Source: Octopus vulgaris (lineage: Eukaryota). Taken from it: DNA of 64,000 nt. The stretch covers positions 72,478,001 to 72,542,000 of the forward strand of contig OX597824.1 in the NCBI GenBank assembly GCA_951406725.2, in the 5' to 3' direction. The notes beneath the pieces were generated by a model. The model saw only the letters and a program-made list of their open reading frames with translations. It had not been told where the DNA came from and made no database searches. Every line of letters begins with the position of its first letter. Position 1 is the stretch's first letter. This document shows, piece by piece, positions 13,198 through 26,225 of this stretch. Both the position numbers and the translations under genes were made by a program.

Positions 13198-13733
13198 CTG
13201 TTGTGTCTGGGGAGAGTCATTTTCTTTTTGTGCCTTATAATGTAACATCGCTTGACAGCCGATGCTGGTGTGTTTACGTCTCCGTAACTTAGCGGTTCGG
13301 CAAAAGACACCGATAGAATGAGTACTAGGATTACAAAGAATAAGTCCTAGGATCGATTTGCTCGACTAAAGTCATCGAGACAAGTAAAGCGTTCAAATGT
13401 GCCAAGGCCGCTGGGAAAGATAAAATTTGGCTAGCGATGTTAAAAGCCTGAAGTAGAGAAAGTATTCTCACCGGTAAAATTTCCATTTATTTCTTATTTT
13501 TATTTTCCTAAAATTTTCGTTGCGTCTTGCAACCTTTTCAATAGTCAAGACTATTGAAAAGGTTGCAAGAGTCAAGACTATTGAAAAGGTTGCAAGAGTC
13601 AAGACTATTGAAAAGGTTGCAAGACGCAACGAAAATTTTAGGAAAATAAAAATAAGAAATAAGTGGAAATTTTACCGGTGAGTGTGTTACATTATAAGGC
13701 ACAAAAAGAAAATGACTTTCCCCAGACACAACA
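13198..13733. repeat. Foldback inverted repeat with central 27-bp tandem repeats
   Basis: Arms ttgtgtctggggagagtcatt... and ...aatgactttccccagacacaa; single-arm copies at about 23212 and 63621. Confidence 0.8.
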
Positions 13734-14554
13734 GAATATGCTTCAACATACGAACTCATATAAAGAATCTTGCAAACCAAATCCAAAAAGAGAAAACCCC
13801 ATGTTAGTTTAGCGAGATACTCCAAATTGTAATTGTATCAACACCAATAGTTGTCTGCTTCAAGAAAACTGACAGGCAAAAGAACTTGTCCATCCATCGT
13901 ACCACAATAAATGTGAATTTGACCTTGATATGAGTTTAAGCACAAAAGAATAAATTTAATAATACAAACAACAGAAAAACAGATACATTGCTTCTCCAGT
14001 TATATATGATTTTTGAAGTCTGTTATCGCTTTTTTTAATATCAATTAAAAACAAGCTATCTTTTACAAAACCATATATACTCGTAATAAAGTATCATGTT
14101 TGCTTTAAACCTCAAAGTTATATTATATCCTTTTCTTCAGTCTCCTGCTTCTTGATTGACACTATTGAATATAGTCTCTTCTTCTAGACAACAGGCTTTC
14201 AAAACACTAAAATACTTTAAACCTTTTATGTTACAAAATAGAAATTTTTATTTTATAACATTTTATTTTTAAGTTTAAAAAGTTATATTGTTTTCCTTAT
14301 CCCAACAGCTCCTTACCAGCAATCTATATTTCATTCATACTGTGTTTACATTTTATCAGTTAAAATACATTAGAATATGTTTATCTTGATATGAGATCAC
14401 CATGTCGCGCACATATGGATGTGATGCATGTGCCTGGTGTACCCTTATCAGACGGGTAGTCATGACGGGTATACTGGGCTTCGTATATTTTTGTACGTCA
14501 GTGTCACTTTGATAGCATGCACTGCTCTCTCACTCAATAATAATAATAATAATG

Positions 14555-14617
<63 letters not shown>

Positions 14618-15000
14618 TTTTGTTTTAAATATCTTACTTTTTCTCAAGGTCTTTTAATTCTTTGAAGCAATATAATCTCGTCTTGGCATACTAAAAGTCA
14701 GTTTATTAAAATTATTTTTACATGCCTTACTTCTTGGCTTAAATACATAAAAAAAACTTTTCATTTGAGTTCTTTTAATCTAATTTCGTTGACCATTCTT
14801 TATATTTTCAACATATTTCATTTACCAGGTTTTTTATTTTATTTATTCATTTATTTATTTATTTATTTATTTATTTATCTATTTGCTTATCGTTTTATAT
14901 CCTCTGAATGAATGTCTCCAGTATGACAACAGTTTCATAACTGAAATCAATACCCCACACAAACAAAAATAAAAAAATATAATAACAAAATTAGAATTAC

Positions 15001-15076
15001 CTGAGACAAGATGTACAAAGAGCTTTGCAGAAAATGTCGCCATTAGGTAGAGCATCCTAAATGTTTTCTTCTCCAT
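15001..15076 (-). CDS. Alpha-carbonic anhydrase, coding exon 1 (putative signal peptide)
   Basis: ATG MEKKTFRMLYLMATFSAKLFVHLVS + G|gtaatt; phase 1 joins the microexon to give ...VSA-WDY. Confidence 0.7.
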
Positions 15077-15682
15077 CCTCAGTTCGCTTGCTCAGGAATG
15101 TTGGCTGTTGTACTTTGTGTTCTTTTATTATTTTTCTTTCGCGGTTCTTTTCCCCCTCTTTTCTTCTTTTCTTTCTTCTTCACTTCCTTTATTACTTTAT
15201 GACTGTTTTGTTTCTTTTCCAATTTTTTTATCCTCTTTTTCTACTCACTTTTTGTCTTTTTTGTGTCGGTCTGTCTGTTAGCCAGTCTGTCAAAATTAAT
15301 ATCTTGTTTTGAAAATTTCTGTGTATTTGTTGTTGTATTTTATTTCTTACTACATTAATTATCTGATACAGTTTTCCTTCATTCTCATTTAACAGCTACA
15401 TAGTTTGTAAACAGAGCTTCAGGAATAGCCCAGTCCCAAGACTATAAAGAATTAAAAAAATATTCTTTGGAATTCTACAATGTATTTTTTTCTGTCTTCC
15501 ATACACAAAGTACAACCAGTTTCCTTTCTTTTAGACTCCTAGATTATATATAGTAGAACAAAAAGGGGGAAATAATCTAATAGGAAGTAATTTCATTCAC
15601 ACACTTCTGCATATAACTTTTGTGCCCAAATCTTTCGTCTCACATTTACGACGTTTGAGTCATTAAGCATTTATGGCACCTC

Positions 15683-15726
<44 letters not shown>

Positions 15727-16179
15727 ACACAACAGAATAGAAGAAGAGTGACTTGATATACAGCAAAGGACAATCATATTAGAGGTTGCGAAATTCCGGT
15801 CCAGAATTTTTTTAACATTGATTTCACGTTGAGTCCGATTTTGCGATTCATTTGTACCAGTAAAAGTTTATAAAAATGTAACAGTGGTTGAAAGTTTGAT
15901 AATTTGTAGCCAATCAGAGGATCTGGAGGCTGGCACAAAATGAAAGCAAAACATTACGACGATGAAAGTTGTAAGAGTTTAGCGTTTTTTACTTTCTTCT
16001 ATCCACTCGTATTTTCTCAAATTTTAATCCGAAAAATTTTTGTAAAATGTACTTTTAATGTTGTTTTAATTTCTGATGACGAATATCAGATTTATTTTCC
16101 CGATACTTTAATAATAAAGAAGTTAGAAGCATTTAAAGTTACGTATTTTGAGCCAATGAATTTTAGCCATTGTCCTCAA

Positions 16180-16480
16180 AGCGGAAGTCAAAACTGTTTA
16201 TTGTCACGGCAACTCCAGTGCATCGTTATTTACCCATACTGCTGTGGGTAAAATAATTGACAACTGCTCAGCTTTGTAAGGAAGAATTTGGGATTAGTGC
16301 CACTGCCGCAGTAGACTTTAAAAAATTACTTATGGGAGATCTGCACGGAAGATTTGCTCTGCAATCCTATGAAGATTAGTAATGGTCCAGGCAGAGTTGT
16401 TGAAATAGATAAAGCTATTTTCGAGGAGAAAATAAAACAACTGGGATTCGAATGCTACTTCAACAGTAGGTTTTCACGAA
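16180..16480 (+). mobile_element. Possible Merlin/IS1595-like transposase remnant
   Basis: KISNGPGRVVEIDKA resembles the IGG.G..VEIDES motif. Confidence 0.4.
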
Positions 16481-16499
16481 ACTCGAGAAGATTATTTTC

Positions 16500-16669
16500 G
16501 AGTGGCTGTGTGGTAAGTAGCTTGCTTACCAACCACATGGTTCTGGGTCCAGTCCCAATGCGTGGCACCTTGGGCAAGTGTCTTCTACTATAACCTCGGA
16601 CCGACCAAAACCTTGTGAGTGGATTTGGTAGACGGAAACTGAAAGAAGCCCGTCGTATATATGTATATA

Positions 16670-16714
<45 letters not shown>

Positions 16715-16870
16715 ATATTTGTGTGTCTGTATTTGTCCCCACAACATCGCTTGACAGCCGATGCTGGTGTGTTTACGTCTCCGTAACTTAGCGGTTCGGC
16801 AAAAGACACCGATAGAATGAGTGCTAGGATTACAAAGAATAAGTCCTAGGATCGATTTGCTCGACTAAAG
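16500..16870 (+). mobile_element. SINE family A with internal (TA)n(TG)n
   Basis: tRNA-like head, accttgggcaagtgtctt CORE-like box. Confidence 0.85.
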
Positions 16871-17667
16871 TCATCGAGACAAGTAAAGCGTTCAAATGTG
16901 CCAAGGCCGCTGGGAAGCTGGGAAAGATAAAATTTGGCTAGCGATGTTAAAAGCCTGAAGTAGAGAAAGTATTCTCTCGCTGTATGCAAGTTGACCTGGA
17001 TCTCTGGAAAGAGATCAAAGCAATGGCAATCTGGAGTTATAATCTTGATTTTTACAAAGGGAGACAAAAAAAACAGTGCTCTCTCATTACAGAGTAATCT
17101 CCCTTTTAAACATCCCTTATAAAGCCGACGACAGGTGTAGGAAAATTGTCAAACTCAGGCTTGCTAAAGGACAGTGTAATTTCCATCCTGGACGCTGTGA
17201 TTAAATGTTAGGAACAAATTTTATGCAGAGTAGTTAGAATAATTTCTCTACGAAATATGGCGTCAAAGAATTAGAGACAGTAATCAAATAACGTTATTAT
17301 GTGTTATGTTAAAACACGCAAACATAAGATTACTTCGTAATCGGAAACCAATTTTTAAACGAACATATATTCCCTTGTATTAGAATTTGTAATAAATGAA
17401 ATAGCATGTAGAAAATAGATAACCTAATTATATTACCAAATGATGAAAAACAGATGAAAGAAACCTGAAATCTATGTATGACACATTTGCAGATCTACCT
17501 TTGAACATTTGTAAACACCTAAGTAGCGAAAGTACAAGTATATAAAAATCCTATAAATTAGTATACATCCACAGGTGCATACGCTCATACTTATTCATAT
17601 ACGTATATGCATACATACACGCATACGTACGTGCACGCACGCGCACAGGCAGACGCGCACACGCACG

Positions 17668-17760
<93 letters not shown>

Positions 17761-17875
17761 AATTCGCTTATACGTATTCATGCAGTTAAAAATGGAGGCT
17801 ATTGAAGATAAGATTAAGTCTAAATCGGTAAACAGTTTTTTTTTAATGTGAATCGCTGAATAAGTTACATGTATA

Positions 17876-18240
17876 GGCGCAGGAGTGGCAGCGTGGTAAG
17901 TAGCTTGCTTACCAACCACATGGTTCCGGGTTCAGTCCCACTGCGTGGCGCCATGGGCAAGTGTCTTCTACTATAGCCTCGGGCCGACCAAAGGCTTGTA
18001 AGTGGATATGGTAGACGGAAACTGAAAGAAGCCCGTCATATATATGTGCATATGTTTGTGTGTCTGTATTTGTCCCTCCAACATCGCTTGACAACCGATG
18101 CTAGTGTGTTTACGTCCCCGTAACCTAGTAGTTTGGCAAAAAGAGACCGATAGAGTAAGTACTAGGCTTACAAAGAATAAGTCCTGGGGTCGATTCGCTC
18201 CAGCATGGCCACAGTCAAATGACTGAAACACGTAAAAGAG
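17876..18240 (+). mobile_element. SINE family A
   Basis: ggcgcaggagtggc... head through gactgaaaca.gtaaaagag tail. Confidence 0.85.
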
Positions 18241-18270
18241 TGTATTGCTAACATTCTAATATATCAAGTA

Positions 18271-18654
18271 TTAGCAGTATCGCCCGGCGTTGCTCAGGTT
18301 TGTTTCGACCCTTTAGAATTGGAATTTTTGAAAAGTAAAAATTTTGCATTATGTAGCTTGTTATTCTCTTTAAGTGAACATTTTTCTGGTTGAAATATAC
18401 CGAAAAATGGTGACACAGCAGTCAAAAAATCGTAAAAAATAGGGATTTTCATAGAAAAAAAGCACCTTTTTGATGTAAATAATTTTTGGGTGTTAACATA
18501 GTCCGATTTGAATTTTTTCTTCTACGGAAGAAAGAGCAAACCTTCTTCTATCATATTCTCAATTTTGGTCAACTTGCGCTGCAGTGTCTCGGAGGAGATA
18601 GTGTTACCAAACCTGCCATACACAGACAACTTCAGCTTTATATATAAATATAGA
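18271..18654 (-). mobile_element. Non-autonomous Helitron (about 385 bp)
   Basis: 5' TCTAT..ATAAAAGCTGAAG and 3' hairpin end; near-identical copy at 41954-42345 in the opposite orientation. Confidence 0.8.
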
Positions 18655-18799
18655 TAGAGATTTGGAGAAGGATCTTCATTGAAGTGATGTGTGTGTGTGT
18701 TATAATTGAGTAAAGTTATCGAAACATTAAAATTTTGGACAAATTGATATGGAGTTGAATTTAGCTTAAATGTTTAGTACTTCTTCCAAATATTTAAAA

Positions 18800-19260
18800 T
18801 CGATTTCATATTTTGACACAAAGCCACAAGCCCGCCCCTCTCCTCCAACACCAGTTCTGAGGAGGAAGTAGATCGATTACATCGATACCAGTGTTCAACT
18901 GGTACATATTTTATTTTATCGACCCCGAAAGGATGAAAGGCGAAGTCGACCTCAGTGACATTTGAACTCAGAACGCAAGGATGGACGAAACGCCGTTAAG
19001 CTTTTGTGTCGGCGCGCTAACGTTTCTGCCACTTCGCCGCATTTTTTCAAATATTGAATATTGGTATCAAATTTTGGCACAAGGCCAGTAATTTCGGGGA
19101 GGGAGCAAGTCGATTACGTCGAAGCCCAGTGCTCAACTGGTACTTATTTTATCAACTCCGAAAGGACGAAGAGCAAAGTCGACCTTGGCGGAATTTGAAC
19201 TCAGAACGTAAAATCAGACGAAATGCCGCTAAGCATTTTTTACTCAGCACGCCGCCTTTT
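18800..19260 (-). mobile_element. Two tandem SINE family B copies
   Basis: gttctgagttcaaattccgcc.aggtcgactttgc...cctttcgg.gtcgataaa core. Confidence 0.8.
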
Positions 19261-19756
19261 TCAAATATTTGAAATTGAATTCAAATCCTACTCGAGAGAT
19301 GGAAAGCTGAAATTGATAAAATAAATAGCTATATAATGGCACAAGAGTGGATGTGTGTATAATGGACTCCTTCTCAAAGGAAGAGTACAGAACTTGTGCA
19401 TGAGCCCCCCAACTCTGGAATGCCTGCAGAATGCCTGCTGGAATGCCTGCAGGAGGCAAGGAAGTTTATTAAGGACTCATTTATGTAATAGGTTTATCGC
19501 CTTATTAAATTGTTTTTAATTGTAATGGACATTTTAGTCTATAAAGTGTAAAAATTGTAAGAGGGTTAATACCTCATTCAGTATTTAAAAAAAAAAAGAA
19601 CGATATTTTAGAGAAGCAAAAGTCGGCGGGCATTTTTCGTCTTCTCCCATCCTTATCATCCTTGTATCATTATCATTCACCTCATTAATGTCCGTGTTCA
19701 GCCCGCAAGCTACCTTACTCTATGTACTGCCTTTATGGCAAATTTGGTAAAATAAA

Positions 19757-19903
19757 GTAGCTTTCTTACCAACCACATGGTTCTGGGTTCAGTCCCACTG
19801 CGTGACACCTTGGGCAAGTGTCTTCTACTATAGCTTCGGGCCGACCAAAGCCTTGTGAGTGGATTTCGTAGACGAAAACTGAAAGAAGCCCGTCGTGTAT
19901 ATG

Positions 19904-19955
<52 letters not shown>

Positions 19956-20150
19956 TGTGTTTGTCCCCCCAACATCGCTTGACAACCGATGCTGGTGTGT
20001 TTACGTCCCCGTAACTTAGCGGTTCAGCGAAAGAGACCGATAGAATAAGTACTAGGCTTACAAAGAATAAGTCCTGGGGTCGATTTGTTCAACTAAAAAG
20101 GCGGTGCTGCAGCATGGCCGCAGTCAAATGACTGAAACAAGTAAAAGAGT
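19757..20150 (+). mobile_element. SINE family A
   Basis: Same consensus, internal (TG)n. Confidence 0.85.
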
Positions 20151-20957
20151 AATTAATCTAAACTAAGTAATTAATCTAAACTAAGTAATTAACATGAACT
20201 GAATTGTCAATATAATTAGCAGTAACATTCATAAGGGGTAAGATTCCTAAATCAGTAATTAAGAAGGTTGAGTACCATAGAACAAAAGGTAAGCTATTAA
20301 TGAACGGCGTTCGTAAATTTGATCTCGACTAACCGTTATTCCAGTTCCATTACTTTCAAATAACCAACGCTATTGGAATGGATTGTACATCTAATTTTTC
20401 TCTTAGTTCAATACCAACGCATGAACTTTGGGTGCCAAGTGCAGAATTCACTCTGTAACAATAATTCAGATCAGGTGACTTATAAATAAAACTCGATGTC
20501 TTGGTGCACCTTTCCTTACGTAGTAAGGAAATGTGCACCATCTGTTTTTCATCATTTGGCAATGTAATTAGGTTACCTATTTTCTACATGTTATTTCATT
20601 CATTACTCATTCTAATGCAAGGATATATATTTATTTGAATATTGGTTTCCGATTACGAAGTAATCTTATGTATGTGTGTTTTAACATAACACATAATAAC
20701 GTTTGTAAGAGGGTACAGATAGAAGTGGTTTCACAGAGGAGAATCGTCATCAGAGAAGACAGTCTCAGCTTAATGACTACGGTCACTATATAAATTTCTC
20801 TTTTCCTTGGGAAGATCACTTGCGTCCACTGGCTTCTGGTGAGGCTATTCTAAGTAATCGAAGCAGTGGTTTACATGCAACTTGAGTTGCATCTAAATCC
20901 TATGGATGCTGCCCTTTCTATTTGACTTAGACATAAATTAGTAAAACGTCATGCAAT

Positions 20958-21114
20958 AGGAGTAGGAGTGGCTGTGTGGTAAGTAGTTTGCTTACGAACC
21001 ACATGGTTCCGGGATCAGTCCCACTGCGTGGCACCTTGGGCAAGTGTCTTCTACTATAGCCTTGTGAGTGGATTTAGTTGACGGAAACTGAAAGAAGCCC
21101 GTCGTATATATATT

Positions 21115-21147
<33 letters not shown>

Positions 21148-21365
21148 ATGTTTGTGTGTCAGTGTTTGTCCCCACCCCCAACATCGCTTGACAACCGATG
21201 CTGGTGTGTTTAAGTCCCCGTAACTTAGCGGTTCGGCAAAAGAGAACGATAGAATAAGAACTAGGCTTACAAAGAATAAGTCCTGGGGTCGATTTGCCTG
21301 ACTAAAGGCGGTGCTCCAGCATGGCCACAGTCAAATGACTGAAACAAGTAAAAGAGTAAAGAGTA
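20958..21365 (+). mobile_element. SINE family A
   Basis: Same consensus. Confidence 0.85.
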
Positions 21366-21619
21366 AATATAATTCTCTCTCTTATAAATTTCAAGTTGTG
21401 TGGCTATGTTAGCAAAAGATATAAGAAAGCAGAAGAGAGACAGTATTTATTTGATGTTCTGAATTGAAATCCTCTGTCTAGTTCTTACTTTGAAGAATAT
21501 TTCTTTGAGATCGACTCCCCCATTCTCCACGAACCGATAAGGCACTGACGTTAACTAAGATATATCCCATGCTCGGACACAATGGACTGTGTGTCACAGT
21601 ACCAAGATTTTTAAGAAGG

Positions 21620-22250
21620 AAGATGACGAGCTGGCAGAACCGTTAGCACGCCGGGCAAAATGCTTAGCGGCATTTCACCTGCCACTACGGTCTGAGTTCA
21701 AATTCCGCCGAGGTTGACTCTGCCTTTCATCCTTTCGGGGTCGATTAAATAAGTACCGTTTACGCACTGGGGTCGATATAACCGACTTAATCCATTTGTC
21801 TGTCCATGTTTGTCCTTTCTATGTTTAGCCCCTTGTGGGTAGTAAAGAAATAGGCATTTCACCTGTCAGCACTTTCTGAATACAAATTCCGCTGAGGGCA
21901 ACTTTGCCTTTTGTCCTTTCGGGGTCAATAAAATAAGTACCAGTTGAGCATAGGGTCTATGTAACCGACTTAATCCCTTCTCAGAAACTGCTGGCTTTGG
22001 ACCAAAATTTGAAACCAATATTTTAAAGAAGGAAGGCGGCAAGCTGGCAGAATCATTTGAACGCCGGGCATAATACTTGGCGGCATTTTGTCCGTCTGCA
22101 CGTTCTGAGTTCAAAAACCGCCGAGGTCGACTTTGCATTTTATTCTTTCGGAATCGATAAAATAAGTACCAGCTGAGCACTGGGGTCGATGATATTGACT
22201 ATCCCCGCCCCCGCACACTTCCTGGACTTGTACCAAAATTTGAAACCAAT
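21620..22250 (+). mobile_element. Cluster of three SINE family B copies
   Basis: gagctggcagaa.cgttagcacgccgggc head; repeated core. Confidence 0.8.
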
Positions 22251-23387
22251 ATTTTTGAAGAAGGATCCATTGCAGAGTATTAGCGCCATTTACTAGCAAT
22301 AACTGCCAAATGGTTAGCTATACACAATAAAACTCATCAAGTAACTTGATTCTGCAATTAACCAGAATCTGTAACAATAGAGAAAAACCAAAGGAACAAC
22401 CTCCAACCTCCTATACAGCATGCTAGTTTACTGTGAGCAACTTTTCTCAAAATATCTGGTTATCTATTCTCCAACTAGCTAAATTGAGGCAACTAGAATA
22501 ATATTTCTTCATATCAACACCTATACATTACATTACACAACTTGATTCGTCTAAAAACATGACATACCACCTTTCTATAGAGTAGTGTCCTAATTTTAAT
22601 TATTTGATATAATATACTGTCATTTAAAAATATAGAATTTATTTTATAGAATAATAATAAAACTTACCTTATAATAATGATTCCTTGCTTTGGCTTTCAA
22701 TAACAAATCTTTGTTAGAGAGATGCACGGATAATTGAATAAACGCTGTTATAAATGAAAGGTAAAATCCATACAAGTGAAAATTGAACATCAGATTATAA
22801 AGGTAATTTCTCTATACTTTTTGAAACAATAAATTATGAGATTTAAATTATTATAAACCAAAATAAAGCTTCCACTTCAATATTTTGTCATTATCAACCA
22901 CCAACGGAAGATTGTCGAGGTTTTATGACCATTCAACAGAACTGTTACTTTTAATGCTGTCAGCCAAGATAGAAAAATTATCTAACTATAACTAGATAGT
23001 TACAAATAAAAGTTCGTCAAAAGCATTTATCATTCACTAAGACAACTTAGTGAAAAAATATATTCCAGTTCGAATGGAGTCGCGTTCAGCGTTTATCACA
23101 ATGACGTAACTATCCCCTACGTCATTATTTGGATTTTTACTTTTAACATGAGTGAGAGTAAGAGACAAGTAGCGGGCCAGTTCATTTAAAGGAAAGATTT
23201 AATGATGATTTTGTTGTGTCTGGGGAGAGTCATTCTCTTTTAGTGCCTTATTATCTAACACACTCACCGATAAAGTGTGTTAGATAATAAGCCAAATTCA
23301 AAAACGAAATCTAATGATGTTCTACTTATCAATCTTTCATTTAATTCTCTTATTTATATGTTTATAAAAATCCATAACCAGATGTTA

Positions 23388-23948
23388 TATTGGGTTGTCT
23401 GGAAAGTTCGTGCTGATTTTTAAAGGAAAGAAAAATGTCAATAAATACTTGCTATTACATTTTTAATCAACCAAATATGAACCATTTTGTTGCACAATGC
23501 GTCTCCATCTTTCCTTTAACTTGAAAATACCCTCTTCCCAGAATTGAGGTCATCCAAGTAATTGATGACCTCAATTTTACGTCATCCAAGTAATTGAAAT
23601 TTTTGCCATTAAGACTATTCTGCAGAGACCTGAATAAGTGGAAATGCGAGGGAGCAATATCTTGTGAATATGGAGGGTGGGCAATACATCTCAGCCGAGC
23701 TGCAGCAATTTTTGTCTGGTTCCCAAAGCATCAAGTGCCGAAAATGAACTTTCGCATCTTCCATTTTAAAGGGTTACAGAATTAACACAGGTTATAGGAA
23801 CATAAACCTTCTTCCACGAAAAGATAGCTTAAACTGTGCTCTAAATGGAGGTGTAGTGAAATCCTATCTTATGGACTCAACCATGTTCTAAAATAAGTCG
23901 AAAGGTAAGCTACTATAAATCGGCACGAACTTTCCGGACAACCCAATA
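23388..23948 (-). mobile_element. Internally deleted mariner
   Basis: TIRs tattgggttgtctggaaagttcgtgc / gcacgaactttccggacaacccaata; HPPYS.DIAPS remnant on the minus strand. Confidence 0.85.
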
Positions 23949-24722
23949 TTTTTTCCGACCTCCAGTTACATAATACTTTCTAAACCGATTCCTCTGAGTG
24001 CTAACAATCATTTCGCTGGCATGAAATGGCTTAGAAGAGAAATTATTGGAGTGTCAGCTCATGGATTCATCATCATCATCATCATCATCATCCTCCCTTA
24101 ATGTCCGTTTTCCATGCTGGTATGGGTTGGACGGTTTGACAGGAGCTGCCCGGGTTCTATGTTTGTTTTGGCATGGTTTCTACGGCTGGAGGAAAAACGT
24201 TCAGCTGTTGTAATAAATATGTATTATATGGTTTGCACTTTATAGCGTTTTGTTATGTGCGATACATCTCGGTTCGTGGAAAAATTGTCCTGCATGAAAG
24301 CAGTCTCCGGTGCCAAAACAGTTGGAGAACTACAGCTATATACCACCAAAGTTACTTTTGAAGCCATCTGGATGAAATCATGGCAAAGAAAGAGGAAGAA
24401 TGAACACTGGAAAATACAAATCATGATGTCATGCAATCAGAGGAGAGAGAAAGAGGGAGGAAGATAAATGGTGGTGGTGGTGGTTGTAGTGGGTTTGAAG
24501 AGAAGGCGGAGCAGGAGGATTTGGTATAATTACTGTTTCCAGACTAGCGGGGAACATCTGAGGCAGTCTGCGATCCTTTTGAGACAGCAGACTGCTTTCC
24601 GTTTACAGTCCTTATCCACCTCCCATCGCTGGGGGACCAAGCTAACAGGAACTTTCGTTGCCACGAATATAGCAGATTTGTTTTCAGCTTTGTTGAGCAA
24701 GTAGCTGATTGCAGTATCAATA

Positions 24723-25013
24723 CAGGGAGTTTCAAAAAAATTTGATATCATTTCGCAATCTGATAACTGTGCTAGTTCTTGTTCAAATACTCTTTCCTCT
24801 TTCCTCTTTTACTTGTTTCAGACATTTGACTGCGGCCATGCTGGATCACCGCCTTTAATCGAGCAACTCGACCCCAGGACTTATTCTTTTGTAAGCCCAG
24901 TACTTATTTTATCGGTCTCTTTTGACGAACCGCTAAGTAACGGGGACATAAACACACCAGCATCGGTTGTCAAGCAATGCTAGGGGACAAACACAGACAC
25001 ACAAACACACACA

Positions 25014-25089
<76 letters not shown>

Positions 25090-25430
25090 TACGACGGGCT
25101 TCTTTCAGTTTCCATCTACCAAATCCACTCACAAGGCTTTGGTCGGCCCGAGGCTATAGTAGAAGACACTTGCCCAAGGTGCCACACAGTGGGACTGAAC
25201 CCGGAACCATGTGGTTGGTAAACAAGCTACTTACCACACAGCCACTCCTGCACCTATGACTTCAATTTTTAACTTATGTAGAAACAGGTCAAATTTTATG
25301 TTTAATGTTTGATATGGTTATCTTTTCAAGTATAGAAATGGCATTTACTGGAAGGGAAAAGGCGTTTTGTGTGTTGGAGTATGATCGAACACAGTCGAAC
25401 AATACTGTGCAGCGTGCATTGGTGAGCACT
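24723..25430 (+). mobile_element. Truncated Tc1/mariner-superfamily element interrupted by SINE A (about 24790-25255, minus)
   Basis: Homologous to the 5' part of 40688-41564. Confidence 0.75.
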
Positions 25431-26225
25431 TGACGGTACTCTAGGTGTTAAGCGCCCTTTCTCAGTCTACGCTTGATCCAAGATTGCAGCTCAGTCAAAG
25501 AGACGAGCTGTTGAAAGGCGAATCTGACGAACGGCGACTACAACTGCTCACATTCCAGAAAACGCTTGTGATGCCGTAGCCTAAGCGCATGTCTGCGCAT
25601 CAGCAGCCACGGCATGCCAAAGCTTCCGTTCAGCGGCTGTTGACAGCAGATGGAGCGCCTCACCAGTGGTACCTGCCGCTCCCACAGAAACTAGAAGAGT
25701 AAGGGCACCAGCTTGGTCAACCAGCAGTCGGGACGAGGGACGACGGTCAAGCAGTAATAGATGACAGATGCGATGTACCCGTTCGCCACTTCTGCTCGAC
25801 CTTTCAGGGACAGCTTCCTCTTGGCCCATTTTTTGGGTGAGATTGGCCACCCTGTTCGTCACCTCGTCCCACTTTTTCTGCACCTGGAGGTCCGGACCGA
25901 ACCAGACCCCGAGCAATTTAAACGTGGTCCTTTGTTATTCGTAAGACCCGCAGAAGAGAAAGCAGGTCAACCCCCGACACCGAGAGCATCGACGGATGGA
26001 TGAATGCGCATCCAGTCTCAGCGGTTGCGTATGAAGTCGGGGATAATAAACAGGAAGAAAGAGTGAGAGAAAGTTGGAGCGAAAGAGTACAACAGGGGTC
26101 GCCACCATCCCCTGCCGGAGCCTCGTGGAGCTTTAGGTGTTTTCGCTCAATAAACACACACAATGCCCGGTCTGGGAATCGAAACCGCGAGTCCGCTGCC
26201 CTAACCACTGGGCCATTGCGCCTCC
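25430..26225 (-). mobile_element. Family D tRNA-like head fused to a Tx1/L1-like ORF2 fragment
   Basis: Head at 26225-25915 joins directly to KLLGVWFGPDLQV...; downstream GMPWLLMRRHALRL is homologous to the 27287-28051 ORF. Confidence 0.75.

Noticed and set aside
13538-13825. MEYLAKLTWGFLF... as the CA signal-peptide exon
   Set aside because: Starts at TTG and runs into a repeat with no suitable donor; 15001-15076 fits better
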